DNA of 60,119 nucleotides from an uncultured archaeon (GTDB taxonomy: Archaea; Asgardarchaeota; Lokiarchaeia; Sigyniarchaeales; SOKP01), in the NCBI GenBank assembly GCA_964447495.1, contig CAYUTF010000011.1:1-60119 (forward strand). Direction: 5' to 3'. The notes beneath the pieces were generated by a model. It was given only the letters and a program-made list of their open reading frames with translations, made no database searches and was not told the DNA's origin. The translations under genes were made by a program, and so were the position numbers. Shown here piece after piece: positions 1 to 8,785 of this stretch; within the stretch, counting starts at the first letter, position 1; each line of letters starts with the position of its first letter.

Positions 1-2
1 GA

Positions 3-1106
3 TCTATATTATGTAAAAGCGAGCATCATTTTGACATCTATGATATTGCGTTTGCTAATTTCTTCAAAAATGCGGCCTTGAAATTTCCAGAAGAAATTAA
101 GCAGGAAATATGGGACTGGCTCTCAAAAGATTTAAATCCTCCTGAGCTTCCCGATGGATTTCAAGAATTTGTCAGCCAACATTATGATTTAGAAGCACTC
201 CAAAGACAATTTGAAGAACTACTAAAAAAGCAGGATGAGGAGCATAATTTCGGTAATCGCTGGATTGGAACTCAAGGTGATTCTCAGTTTGGACATTCCG
301 GACAAAATCCAATGGGTATGCGCGTTGGTGGGTCGTCAGGAATGAGAATGGCAATTCAAATCGCTCAAAAGAGAATATTTGCGGATTATCGAAAGGACGT
401 CGTTTTAGATACACGCCAAATTAAAGTCGCTTTGAAACGTCTACGCAAGTTAGAAGAAATCGGCAAACAGGACGAGTTAAATATGGATAAAACTATTGAT
501 AAAACCGCAAAAAATGGCGGTGAAATTGACATCGTCTTTGAAAAACGCAGAAAAAATAATGTAAAGCTTATCTTACTAATGGATGTTGGAGGTAGTATGA
601 CGCCTTATGCGCACCTGGTTAATCTTTTGTTTTCTGCCGCCAATCAGATGTCTCACTGGAAAGACTTCAAATATTATTACTTCCATAATTGCATTTACGA
701 GACACTTTATCACAATGCACAACGCAATCCTGATGAGGCAACTGAATTCGAAGAGTTTTTAAAGAAATATAACAATAAATATAAGGTAGTCCTGGTGGGC
801 GACGCTGCGATGGCTAGCTGGGAGTTAACTGAACGTTATGGCTCAATTTATTATTATCATCGAAATGAAATGCCAGGTATCTATTATATCAAGGAACTCG
901 CCAACCATTTTAAGAATAATGTCATATGGCTCAATCCCGAGTTGATACGGGCCGAATGGGCTCCCTGGACACGTAAAATAATCTCTAGCATCATCCCGAT
1001 GTTCAATCTAACCATTGAGGGCATTGAGGAGGCGATGGATTACCTCCGCAAAGACGGAAAGGATATGTATACCACGGTTCAGATGCTTAAAGGGCTGAGC
1101 TATTAG
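3..1106 (+). CDS. CoxE-like VWA domain protein (MoxR AAA+ partner), 5'-truncated by window edge
   Basis: Frame is open from position 3 (SILCKSEHHFDIYDIAFANFFK), so the TTG at 78 is not the start. Contains WIGTQGDSQFGHSG, MIDAS-like MDVGGSM, YYFHNCIYE, VGDAAM and WLNP motifs typical of this family. Confidence 0.8.
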   Translation, partial: SILCKSEHHFDIYDIAFANFFKNAALKFPEEIKQEIWDWLSKDLNPPELPDGFQEFVSQHYDLEALQRQFEELLKKQDEEHNFGNRWIGTQGDSQFGHSGQNPMGMRVGGSSGMRMAIQIAQKRIFADYRKDVVLDTRQIKVALKRLRKLEEIGKQDELNMDKTIDKTAKNGGEIDIVFEKRRKNNVKLILLMDVGGSMTPYAHLVNLLFSAANQMSHWKDFKYYYFHNCIYETLYHNAQRNPDEATEFEEFLKKYNNKYKVVLVGDAAMASWELTERYGSIYYYHRNEMPGIYYIKELANHFKNNVIWLNPELIRAEWAPWTRKIISSIIPMFNLTIEGIEEAMDYLRKDGKDMYTTVQMLKGLSY

Positions 1107-1284
1107 CTGCTTTATTCTCTTGCTTGCATTCGGAACACCAATTTTTATGACTTTTAATATTGTTAGGGGTCGATTTCCATTCATGTCCCTTGCTGCAGCG
1201 CCATACGAGATATTCTTTTCCTCCTAAATATTTTGGTGAAAGGCATTCACCTCCATATGACTTCGCAAGTCGGTATAAATTCAT
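1087..1284 (-). CDS. Small zinc-ribbon protein (single C-x3-H...C-x2-C unit), possibly a fragment
   Basis: GGECLS..Y......L.WRCSKGHEW..TPNNIK...WCSEC pattern; overlaps the 3' end of the VWA gene by 20 nt. Confidence 0.55.
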   Translation of the reverse strand: MNLYRLAKSYGGECLSPKYLGGKEYLVWRCSKGHEWKSTPNNIKSHKNWCSECKQENKAANSSAL

Positions 1285-1363
1285 TGAAGTGAAAAGTTAA
1301 TAATCAACCAACAGCAATATTAATAATTAATGATAAACAGAATCATTCATAGGGATATAAAAT

Positions 1364-1714
1364 ATGAAAGTTAAATACGCTACGATAATTGTTGAGAATA
1401 TGGAAGAGTCCGTGAAATTTTACACAGAAGTTATGGGATTTAAAGTAGATAGCCAATTTACACCCCGACCTGGAGTAATAATTACATTATTGAAAAGCGA
1501 AGGGGATGCGATGATAGAACTCATAAAAAATACAGAAAATGAAATTGGCTTGTTTTCAGTGGGAATGGAAGTTAAAGATTTGAACACCACAGTGAAAGAA
1601 CTCAAATCTAAAGGTGCTAAAATCACCATGGAGCCTGTACCAATAACCGTTGGGAAACTTGCATTCTTAGAAGATCCAAATGGAGCCAAAATAGCGCTTA
1701 TTCAACACAACTAA
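1364..1714 (+). CDS. VOC family (glyoxalase/bleomycin resistance) protein
   Basis: [17 protein letters not shown] and [13 protein letters not shown] motifs, 116 aa. Confidence 0.85.
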   Translation: MKVKYATIIVENMEESVKFYTEVMGFKVDSQFTPRPGVIITLLKSEGDAMIELIKNTENEIGLFSVGMEVKDLNTTVKELKSKGAKITMEPVPITVGKLAFLEDPNGAKIALIQHN

Positions 1715-1760
1715 GTTAGTAATTTAGTGGAGTATGAAATTTCCTACAGGAGACCCCTTT

Positions 1761-2198
1761 TTATGAGAAAATCTCTTCTACTTGTTTCAGACTTTTTACT
1801 TTCTTTTTCAGTGTCGGAGGTAGTTTTTTTATGATTTTCTCATCAGCAGTACAGAACAACTTTTCTAAACCTATACTTAATCCAAGATAGGAAGCATCGT
1901 AGATTGATAAATCGTATTCTATGGCAGCATTAATCATATGTTTACGTATATCATTTTTTATTGTGATTGCCTTAAATCCATAATTCTCTAAACTTTCTCC
2001 CGCATCCTCAAGCTCATTAGGTTTGAATAGTTGACTGTATTTTAACGCATTCAAGACTTCAAAATATAATAATGTTGGAACGTATAATTCAACTTTTCCC
2101 TCTATAAACTTATCTCGTAGAAGTAGTGCTTTATCTGAATCATTTTCTTCTATAAACCACTTGACTACTACACTTGCATCAATAACAATTTCTCTCAT
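1761..2198 (-). CDS. vapC: Type II TA toxin, VapC/PIN-domain ribonuclease
   Basis: IVIDASVVVKW, EVLNAL, SIYDASYL and TAD acidic PIN motifs; directly downstream of a small antitoxin gene. Confidence 0.9.
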   Translation of the reverse strand: MREIVIDASVVVKWFIEENDSDKALLLRDKFIEGKVELYVPTLLYFEVLNALKYSQLFKPNELEDAGESLENYGFKAITIKNDIRKHMINAAIEYDLSIYDASYLGLSIGLEKLFCTADEKIIKKLPPTLKKKVKSLKQVEEIFS

Positions 2199-2219
2199 TT
2201 ATTATTGCACTCATCTTCT

Positions 2220-2450
2220 TTAATGTCTTTCTTCTCTAAATTTACGAATGATTTCCACGCTATTGAAATTTTCAGGAGCAATTTTGCGGATTTTTTCGTT
2301 CAATAAAACAGCTTTCGCTTTACTTATTTCTGTTTCATTCCGTATTTCTGATCTAATCGCTTTTCGTATGATTTCACTCCAATTAAGATGCTTAAGTGAA
2401 TCCATCTTCTTTTTTAGTTCTGGATCGATTCTTATACTAAAATTAGCCAT
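2220..2450 (-). CDS. vapB: Antitoxin, ribbon-helix-helix (VapB/CopG-like)
   Basis: MANFSIRIDPELKKKM...INWSEIIR-like RHH signature and C-terminal SVEIIRKFREER. Start placed at the second ATG (2450). Confidence 0.8.
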   Translation of the reverse strand: MANFSIRIDPELKKKMDSLKHLNWSEIIRKAIRSEIRNETEISKAKAVLLNEKIRKIAPENFNSVEIIRKFREERH

Positions 2451-2462
2451 ATGTATATACAT
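2451..2462. promoter_or_regulatory. Putative vapBC autoregulatory operator
   Basis: Perfect 12-bp palindrome ATGTATATACAT immediately upstream of the antitoxin ATG; RHH antitoxins usually bind such sites. Confidence 0.4.
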
Positions 2463-2581
2463 TATAATACGTATATATAAATATTATCATTTTCAATTAA
2501 TTTTGAGTGATGTTTTGATGATAATCAAAACATTTCATTTGGTTAAATATTTTATAAAATTCATGCCGTTATTTAATTTTA

Positions 2582-3544
2582 TTACCATGCAATTAAATGT
2601 ATCTCGGCGAGTGGCCTAATATCCGCTAATAATTTGATCCTAAATTCATAACCCGGCATCATTTCTTCTATATGATGCTTTGTTTTAAATAACTCTTCTG
2701 GATTATGATATATTGATAATAATAGGAGGGATTTAAATTTTTTAATTGTTTCTTTAGCTCCGTTTAATGCTTGTAATTCATACCCTTCAATATCCATTTT
2801 AATGAGTCCAATATCGAGTTTATTTTCTTCAACAAATTCATCATTAGAGATAATATCCATCTCAGATTTTCCATTTTCAGATATGTATGAAGTAACATCT
2901 AAAAGATTATATTTCACTCTTTTAGAAGATTCGCCAGCACCCTTATCTACGGGTACTATCTTCTTTAAATTGTTCAATTTGATATTTTCTAAAAGAAGAT
3001 TATAATTATCCGATACTGGCTCAAAGGAATAAATTTTATGGGGATCAAACTCCTTCTCAAATATTAATGCAGATTCTCCCATATAGGCTCCACAATCTAG
3101 GATGTCTTTATGTTTTATAGAATTTATAGCTTTATCAGGAATATAAATCAATCCATGCTTATATTTAAAAATGGATTCCTCGTACATATCTGTGGGTAAT
3201 GGATAATTTTGCTTAATTATCTCCATATTATCCAAATGCTCTAATGTATAGGAACCTCTCATAAGGAATCTTTTGATGGTCTCATCTAAGGAATGAGTAC
3301 TCATATAGTTAAGATTGTCTAATATCGTAGTCATTTCCATTTTACTTTCATAATCTAAAGCATCTAAAAATTTTTCAACTTCTATTGGATGATTTTTAAT
3401 ATAATCGATAAAGGGTGGACTAGCTTCGTAATCCAATCGAATAGACAGAATATCAAATGTTAATCGGTTCTTCTGAAAGGATGTTAATTCATTATCTTTA
3501 GCATACTCATTAAGAAAATATCTTTTTAATGCTGCTGGTTTCAT
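2582..3544 (-). CDS. FkbM family SAM-dependent methyltransferase
   Basis: ILDCGAYMGES, YSFEP, IKMDIEGYELQALNGA and SIYH motifs. Confidence 0.85.
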   Translation of the reverse strand: MKPAALKRYFLNEYAKDNELTSFQKNRLTFDILSIRLDYEASPPFIDYIKNHPIEVEKFLDALDYESKMEMTTILDNLNYMSTHSLDETIKRFLMRGSYTLEHLDNMEIIKQNYPLPTDMYEESIFKYKHGLIYIPDKAINSIKHKDILDCGAYMGESALIFEKEFDPHKIYSFEPVSDNYNLLLENIKLNNLKKIVPVDKGAGESSKRVKYNLLDVTSYISENGKSEMDIISNDEFVEENKLDIGLIKMDIEGYELQALNGAKETIKKFKSLLLLSIYHNPEELFKTKHHIEEMMPGYEFRIKLLADIRPLAEIHLIAW

Positions 3545-3626
3545 GATATTACAAAGTGTTAGAATTGAATTTCCTTATACTATATTAGAATTAGGTGCTA
3601 TAAAAAGGTTTATTACAGAGAAAACT

Positions 3627-3674
3627 AAATGGAGTAATAGGTAAATAATTAATTAAATCTTATTAACAGTTAAG
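3627..3674 (+). repeat. Direct repeat A, copy 1 (pairs with 7683-7730)
   Basis: Identical 27-bp core AAATAATTAATTAAATCTTATTAACAG at 3643-3669 and 7699-7725, with similar flanks. Confidence 0.75.
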
Positions 3675-3874
3675 TTTAATTTTTCATATTAATGTGAGTA
3701 GATATCGAAAAAAATATCAGAAATAGCATAAAAACCGTAAAAATATATTGCAGTTTTGTTTTCATAATATACAATACCCCTATGTTCCCTTATACTGAAA
3801 TTAAATTATTCTATAAAAATTATAAAGTCCATAAATATAGCTTTTTGTCTTTTTCAAAATTTTCATTTGGGAAG

Positions 3875-3944
3875 TTTTAATACTCGCACAGGGCTATGTC
3901 TTATCTGTGAAAATAAAAGGATCTCTTATGCTTGAAAACTATAG
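3875..3944 (+). repeat. Direct repeat B, copy 1 (pairs with 7524-7593); gene-fragment-like
   Basis: Encodes FNTRTGLCLICENKRISYA-TGA; copy 2 encodes FNTRTGFCVICDNKRISYA-TGA. Confidence 0.75.
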
Positions 3945-3953
3945 GGCGAATAT

Positions 3954-4004
3954 TTTGAGAAAGCAATTGACTGGTTTGCAGAAAATGGGTATATAAAAAA
4001 ATGA
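3954..4004 (+). pseudogene. 3'-end remnant resembling an NAD-dependent epimerase/dehydratase C-terminus
   Basis: FEKAIDWFAENGYIKK-stop with no upstream ORF; resembles the AIDWFxENGY tail of extended SDR epimerases. Confidence 0.35.
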
Positions 4005-4250
4005 ATTACCTAAATAAATTAAAATAATTTTATAATTATATTTTTAAACGTTTATTTTTTATCTATTCCTAAAATTTTACGGATTTAAATAGATATGAAA
4101 GGATCAAAATTAATACAAACCAGTGTTGGAGATTTTGAGGCAATTCCAATCCAATAAAAAATTTTGAAAGAATTAGAATTTTTAAATTCAATAGAAGATA
4201 ATAAAAACATTCATAGCTAAAATATTAAAAAAAAAAAAGTTAGGTTTTGA

Positions 4251-7214
4251 TTATATTTCAGAACCAATAAAGAAAATATATCGTCCACTTGCGAATGCAT
4301 GAGATCTCTCTTCAAAAATCCAAACGGTAATCCTACTAAAATCGTTGGATCCTACATAATAATCATATTTATTGAGTAATTTCTGATATTGGATATTGAA
4401 AAGAAGGGTGTCATCACCCACTCTAAAATAGATGGTTTTATCATTGATAAAAATAGTTGCTTTTTCACAATTCCAATATCTACATCTTCCTATCGCCCCA
4501 TAACCTTCAAGCATTCTTCGATTGGTTAACCATTCATATGTAGGTTTGCTTACTTCAATTTCTGAATATTCTCCTGAATACACATCTAAATGGCCATAAC
4601 CCCACAAATACACTCCTGTGAAATCGGGATTAGCAATTCCATGTCTGAAAGGTCCCCAGTAGTTAAATCCGAACAGTTCACTAGTGAATCCTAACAATGG
4701 AACATCTATTTCATTAAAGTGATCATCAAAATCGTAAGTAACATATGGACAATTATCCCAATTTAAAATTGCGTTACTCTCAAGACCTAATCTTGCAGGC
4801 CAGTATCTATCAAATGTAGCATCAATATGTATCATTACCAAAGGATCCCCATAACCGCCAACGATATTAGTAACTGCCCCTTCTCCCCATGCTACATAAA
4901 GCATATAGGCTGCCCATTCAGATATATTAGTCCATGGTTCTCCCGTAAGAGGATTGACTTCGGGAAGTAAAGGGGTGCCAGGTGGTAATTCCGCAGGAGC
5001 ACCTGGATTTGCATCAGCATATTTCATTGCAAAAATTGACCCCGGAGTTCCACCAACTTCGCTATACCACATTCCTGTATCAATCATTTCCTCTAGCTTT
5101 TCAGTCAAATTATACGAATTAGTGACAATTTCTGGAAATTTTCCCCCAGCTCCTCCATCACGTAAAAGAATCCCTTTTAAATCTTCTTCCCAGTATATTG
5201 ATGCATAATTCATCGCAGCACTTCCTCCAAAACTATCACCTGATATGTAGATTTTCTCCACTCCTGACGTAGCTTTAATGAAATCAACCGCTTCTTTTAT
5301 ATCGCTTATCCAAGTATCCCAGCCCCAATTTGCCATAAATGAAAGATCCTCAGGGTTTAAGTATTGATTAACAAAATGAGTTCTATAATCTAAAGCATAA
5401 ACATCAAAATCTCTATTAGCCAAGTAATAGGCAAAAGTATGTGATTCATCTTTAGTCCAAGGATCATCGAGTGGATTTGATGTTAATTGTTCACCATTAC
5501 TCCAAGTTCCAGGTAGCATAAAAACAACATCTTTAGGTTCAATATCCGCTTTTACGACTCTATGAAGATCTATTTTATCATAACTACCGTAAGGCGCTCT
5601 TTTTAATTGCCAAATTGATTCCTTCAAATCGGGATAAAGTTTGATATTTCTACTGTCTATACTTTTAACCCATTTTAGCAAAGCTGCAGGGGTGACATCA
5701 ACATCATTAATGATATCAATGAACATCTTAGTCGTTGGTACTAGTTCCTCTTTAGCAACTGTATCCAAAGTGTCATATTGAGTGAATTGAGGTGCATTAT
5801 GAGAGATATAATTTATAGTAGGAACACCTAATGCATGGAATTTTCCTCCCTCTCCTGGAACTGCGAAAGCTCCTGGTAAGATTGAAGTCCTTTCCATATC
5901 ATTATTTACAATCGCTTCAGATGCGTAGGAGAGCATATATTCATTAGCTGAAAAAGTGGGTCCCGATATAAACATCCCCCTTGGGGCAACTAATCCTGTT
6001 TCAACGAACTCTCCATCAATAACTTTAATTTGTTTACCAATCATCTCAATATTTATAGCACAAGCGACTTTAGGTAAGATATTGTAAACATAACAATCAT
6101 ATTGATTCCAGTAAGCTTTTTTACCAAAATGGCTCCCAAACAAAACAAATAATAATGTTTTTTCTCTTGACCATTTGGGAAATTGACCAAAATAATCTGC
6201 TAAAGCCATGACGACAGATGCTCCTGAAGCCTCGTTTGTTGCCCAACCATCAAAATGAGACATAATCACTATTACATCATCACTTTTTCCTGGTAATGAT
6301 CCATAAACATTATACGTTTCCCCTAATTTTGTTTCACCAGTCAAAATAATGGTTGCCTCTATTGCTCCTGCTTCAGCTTTAATGGTTGATTCTTTTTTTG
6401 TTTCTGCGTTCAATAGTTCTTTTAAATAATTACCATCATTTTTACTTACTGTTAAACCTGGTAAAGACTCATCACCATACCAATGAAGATATTGATTGAC
6501 ATAGTCAGCCATAAAGTTAATTATTCCAATATATCCTACAGCATCATATTCAGCTGCTAATTCATATGAACTATCTAAATTATCTAAAGGCCAATTCTCA
6601 GTAGCCATGGGATCATCTGCGAAAGTATTATCAGGATCCCATTCAAATAAGATAAATCGTTCAAGAAACGCTCGTGACCAAGGCGCTCCTAAGAGGTCTA
6701 CAAGAACAATTTTATCTGCAACACCAAATGATTCTTCTGCTTCTTTAAATTCAGATTCATTTCCCGTACCTACATAGATCATCTCCGCTTTAATTCCTTC
6801 TGGAAGGGTAAAGTTAGTATAACGTAAGAAATAAGAGGGTATATTTTTATCTTCATCACCAATATGCACGGTTAAACTCCATTCATCTGGCAAACAAAGA
6901 GGTGCAGGTACTGGTTCAAGATATGTATCTTCTAGTCCTGATTCCTCAAACTTGTGTAAAACATAATTTGCACCTTCTAGATCTGAAGGGGTCCCAGGCA
7001 TGAGATAACCATATTCCCCAGACGTTCCAATTTCATAGATATCTTCGACCCAACTAAAGATCTCATCTTCTGAAGCAACACTTGGTCTATGACATCTTCT
7101 ACAAGGAGGTTTATTGTCGCACGCAGCTACAGGATTCGCAATTACAAATATTCCTAAAATTACTAAAGCTGTTATTAAAAATAATTTTTGCTTTTTAATT
7201 TTCATCTTATTCAT
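4251..7214 (-). CDS. Secreted fusion protein: PA-domain/M28-like peptidase plus alpha/beta hydrolase
   Basis: N-terminal signal peptide; PA-domain AEMIYVGTG; M28-like NVYGSLPG, SHFDG, NEASG and INIEMIG; C-terminal half has LPGTWS, DVYALDYR, nucleophile elbow GDSFGG and YGHLD. Confidence 0.7.
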   Translation of the reverse strand: MNKMKIKKQKLFLITALVILGIFVIANPVAACDNKPPCRRCHRPSVASEDEIFSWVEDIYEIGTSGEYGYLMPGTPSDLEGANYVLHKFEESGLEDTYLEPVPAPLCLPDEWSLTVHIGDEDKNIPSYFLRYTNFTLPEGIKAEMIYVGTGNESEFKEAEESFGVADKIVLVDLLGAPWSRAFLERFILFEWDPDNTFADDPMATENWPLDNLDSSYELAAEYDAVGYIGIINFMADYVNQYLHWYGDESLPGLTVSKNDGNYLKELLNAETKKESTIKAEAGAIEATIILTGETKLGETYNVYGSLPGKSDDVIVIMSHFDGWATNEASGASVVMALADYFGQFPKWSREKTLLFVLFGSHFGKKAYWNQYDCYVYNILPKVACAINIEMIGKQIKVIDGEFVETGLVAPRGMFISGPTFSANEYMLSYASEAIVNNDMERTSILPGAFAVPGEGGKFHALGVPTINYISHNAPQFTQYDTLDTVAKEELVPTTKMFIDIINDVDVTPAALLKWVKSIDSRNIKLYPDLKESIWQLKRAPYGSYDKIDLHRVVKADIEPKDVVFMLPGTWSNGEQLTSNPLDDPWTKDESHTFAYYLANRDFDVYALDYRTHFVNQYLNPEDLSFMANWGWDTWISDIKEAVDFIKATSGVEKIYISGDSFGGSAAMNYASIYWEEDLKGILLRDGGAGGKFPEIVTNSYNLTEKLEEMIDTGMWYSEVGGTPGSIFAMKYADANPGAPAELPPGTPLLPEVNPLTGEPWTNISEWAAYMLYVAWGEGAVTNIVGGYGDPLVMIHIDATFDRYWPARLGLESNAILNWDNCPYVTYDFDDHFNEIDVPLLGFTSELFGFNYWGPFRHGIANPDFTGVYLWGYGHLDVYSGEYSEIEVSKPTYEWLTNRRMLEGYGAIGRCRYWNCEKATIFINDKTIYFRVGDDTLLFNIQYQKLLNKYDYYVGSNDFSRITVWIFEERSHAFASGRYIFFIGSEI

Positions 7215-7523
7215 CCTTTCATTTTTATATTTTATATAATAATACGCTCATAACGTTTTGTTATAGTATGTAGATTTTAAGATGGTGATTTTTGGTTAGA
7301 TTTCGGTATAGAGTAAAGTTTGACAAACTAGTATATAAATCTTTTTTTAGTCAACCTTTATCGATTAATACAATATCAAAAAAATTAAGCATATAAATAC
7401 CTACAAAATTTGCTTAATAGATATTTTTTATAAAAAGTTTAAAAAATCAGCTGAATTGGTTTAAATGAAAAAAAGAGAAAATTTTAATTCTTAATTGCGA
7501 TAATTGTATTGATAAAATTAATG

Positions 7524-7593
7524 TTTTAATACCCGTACAGGATTCTGTGTTATTTGCGATAATAAAAGAATATCTTATGCTTGAAAATTATAA
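7524..7593 (+). repeat. Direct repeat B, copy 2
   Basis: Aligns without gaps to 3875-3944; differences are mostly at synonymous positions. Confidence 0.75.
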
Positions 7594-7598
7594 GATAA

Positions 7599-7712
7599 AA
7601 AAAGTGCAACGAATTGTATTCAAGGACACGATATTCTTTTAATGTTGCTACTTTCATAAAACCGTTTATTAAAATGAAAGAGAAATGGATTGATAGGCAA
7701 ATAATTAATTAA
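7599..7712 (+). pseudogene. 3'-end remnant resembling an SDR oxidoreductase C-terminus
   Basis: KKCNELYSRTRYSFNVATFIKPFIKMKEKWIDRQIIN-stop preceded directly by a stop; the RTRY...W.DR.I pattern is like classical SDR tails. Confidence 0.35.
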
Positions 7713-7730
7713 ATCTTATTAACAGATAAG
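7683..7730 (+). repeat. Direct repeat A, copy 2
   Basis: Matches 3627-3674 with a 27-bp identical core. Confidence 0.75.
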
Positions 7731-7731
7731 C

Positions 7732-8682
7732 TTATTTTATGTGAAGTATATTATCCTTTTTAATTAAAGCTTTTAAGTTTTCTGGATAATACTCTAAAAT
7801 TTCATTATAAATTTTTATAGCTAGATCATATTTTTTAATTTTAATAGAAATTTTCGCAATAACAAATAGAGTTTTTAGGTTTATGGGATTAACTTTCCTT
7901 GCTTGGAGAAATGATTTAAGTGCTTTTACATTTTTATCCGCTTTTAGATAGCCATAGCCAAGATTTATCCATACTTTTTCATCTAAAATTAATTTGAAAA
8001 TTTCATTTCTTTCATCTTTATTAAAATATTTCAAATATCCATTTTTAATTAAATATATTTGCGTAGAAGGATTAAAACTTTCAAATCTTAATTTAATTTC
8101 CTGTTTAAATACCTTCTTTGCAATTGGATCTCCAACATTAGTTAGCCTTTTTAGCAGTGGAAACGCCAAGTTGCTATGGAGCAATCGAGGATCATATTTA
8201 TATTCCATCCAGGCTTGTAAATTAGAACAATGAGCCCAAAATTCTGTTTTAGGAGAAATTTTAATTTTAATTTTAGGTTGAAATTCTAAAATATGATTTA
8301 ATTTTTCAGCGGCTTCATCAATAGATTCAATATCCTCTAATTCTCTAACCTTATCACTGGGGATATTTAATAACAAAAATCTACATTGAGTAAACCGTTT
8401 TCTATTTACATATATATTAGTTCTATTATTTTCAAGTCTTAAAGTGAGATGTTGGTTAATACTGTATTCTTTTTTTGGCAATTCTTTCTTTTCTGATATA
8501 TAATCAATAAAAATAAAAAAGCAAGATTGTAGAATACAAATTACGATTAAAATTAAATAATAAAATGGAAAAAAGGGTATTTGTAAGAAGTACCTACATA
8601 ATTCTAGAGAGAAAGCATCAATTAATACCGTACTAACAACAGATTTTATAACTTTTTTTCTAAATGTTGATTTACTCGTTAT
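7732..8682 (-). CDS. Lokiarchaeal-type N-terminal-domain protein with C-terminal TPRs and probable N-terminal membrane anchor
   Basis: INQHLTLRLEN..TNIYVN...FWAHCSNLQAW...LLHSNLAFPLLKRL domain, which I recall as expanded in Lokiarchaeia, followed by TPR motifs. The frame stays open 67 codons upstream of the TTG at 8481, with hydrophobic segments, up to ATA codons (8682/8685) just after GAGGT. Confidence 0.7.
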   Translation of the reverse strand: MTSKSTFRKKVIKSVVSTVLIDAFSLELCRYFLQIPFFPFYYLILIVICILQSCFFIFIDYISEKKELPKKEYSINQHLTLRLENNRTNIYVNRKRFTQCRFLLLNIPSDKVRELEDIESIDEAAEKLNHILEFQPKIKIKISPKTEFWAHCSNLQAWMEYKYDPRLLHSNLAFPLLKRLTNVGDPIAKKVFKQEIKLRFESFNPSTQIYLIKNGYLKYFNKDERNEIFKLILDEKVWINLGYGYLKADKNVKALKSFLQARKVNPINLKTLFVIAKISIKIKKYDLAIKIYNEILEYYPENLKALIKKDNILHIK

Positions 8683-8785
8683 TATTTACCTCATTCTCTT
8701 TTTTTTAATCAAAAATAAAATTCTTTTAGGGTTTCAAAATATAATAGAAGGTATATGAATATTCCATAGTCGATTATGATTAGTT

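Noticed and set aside
2248-2619. 123-aa plus-strand ORF, and the other 60-130 aa ORFs nested in or antisense to larger genes
   Set aside because: They overlap well-supported genes and show no independent coding evidence.
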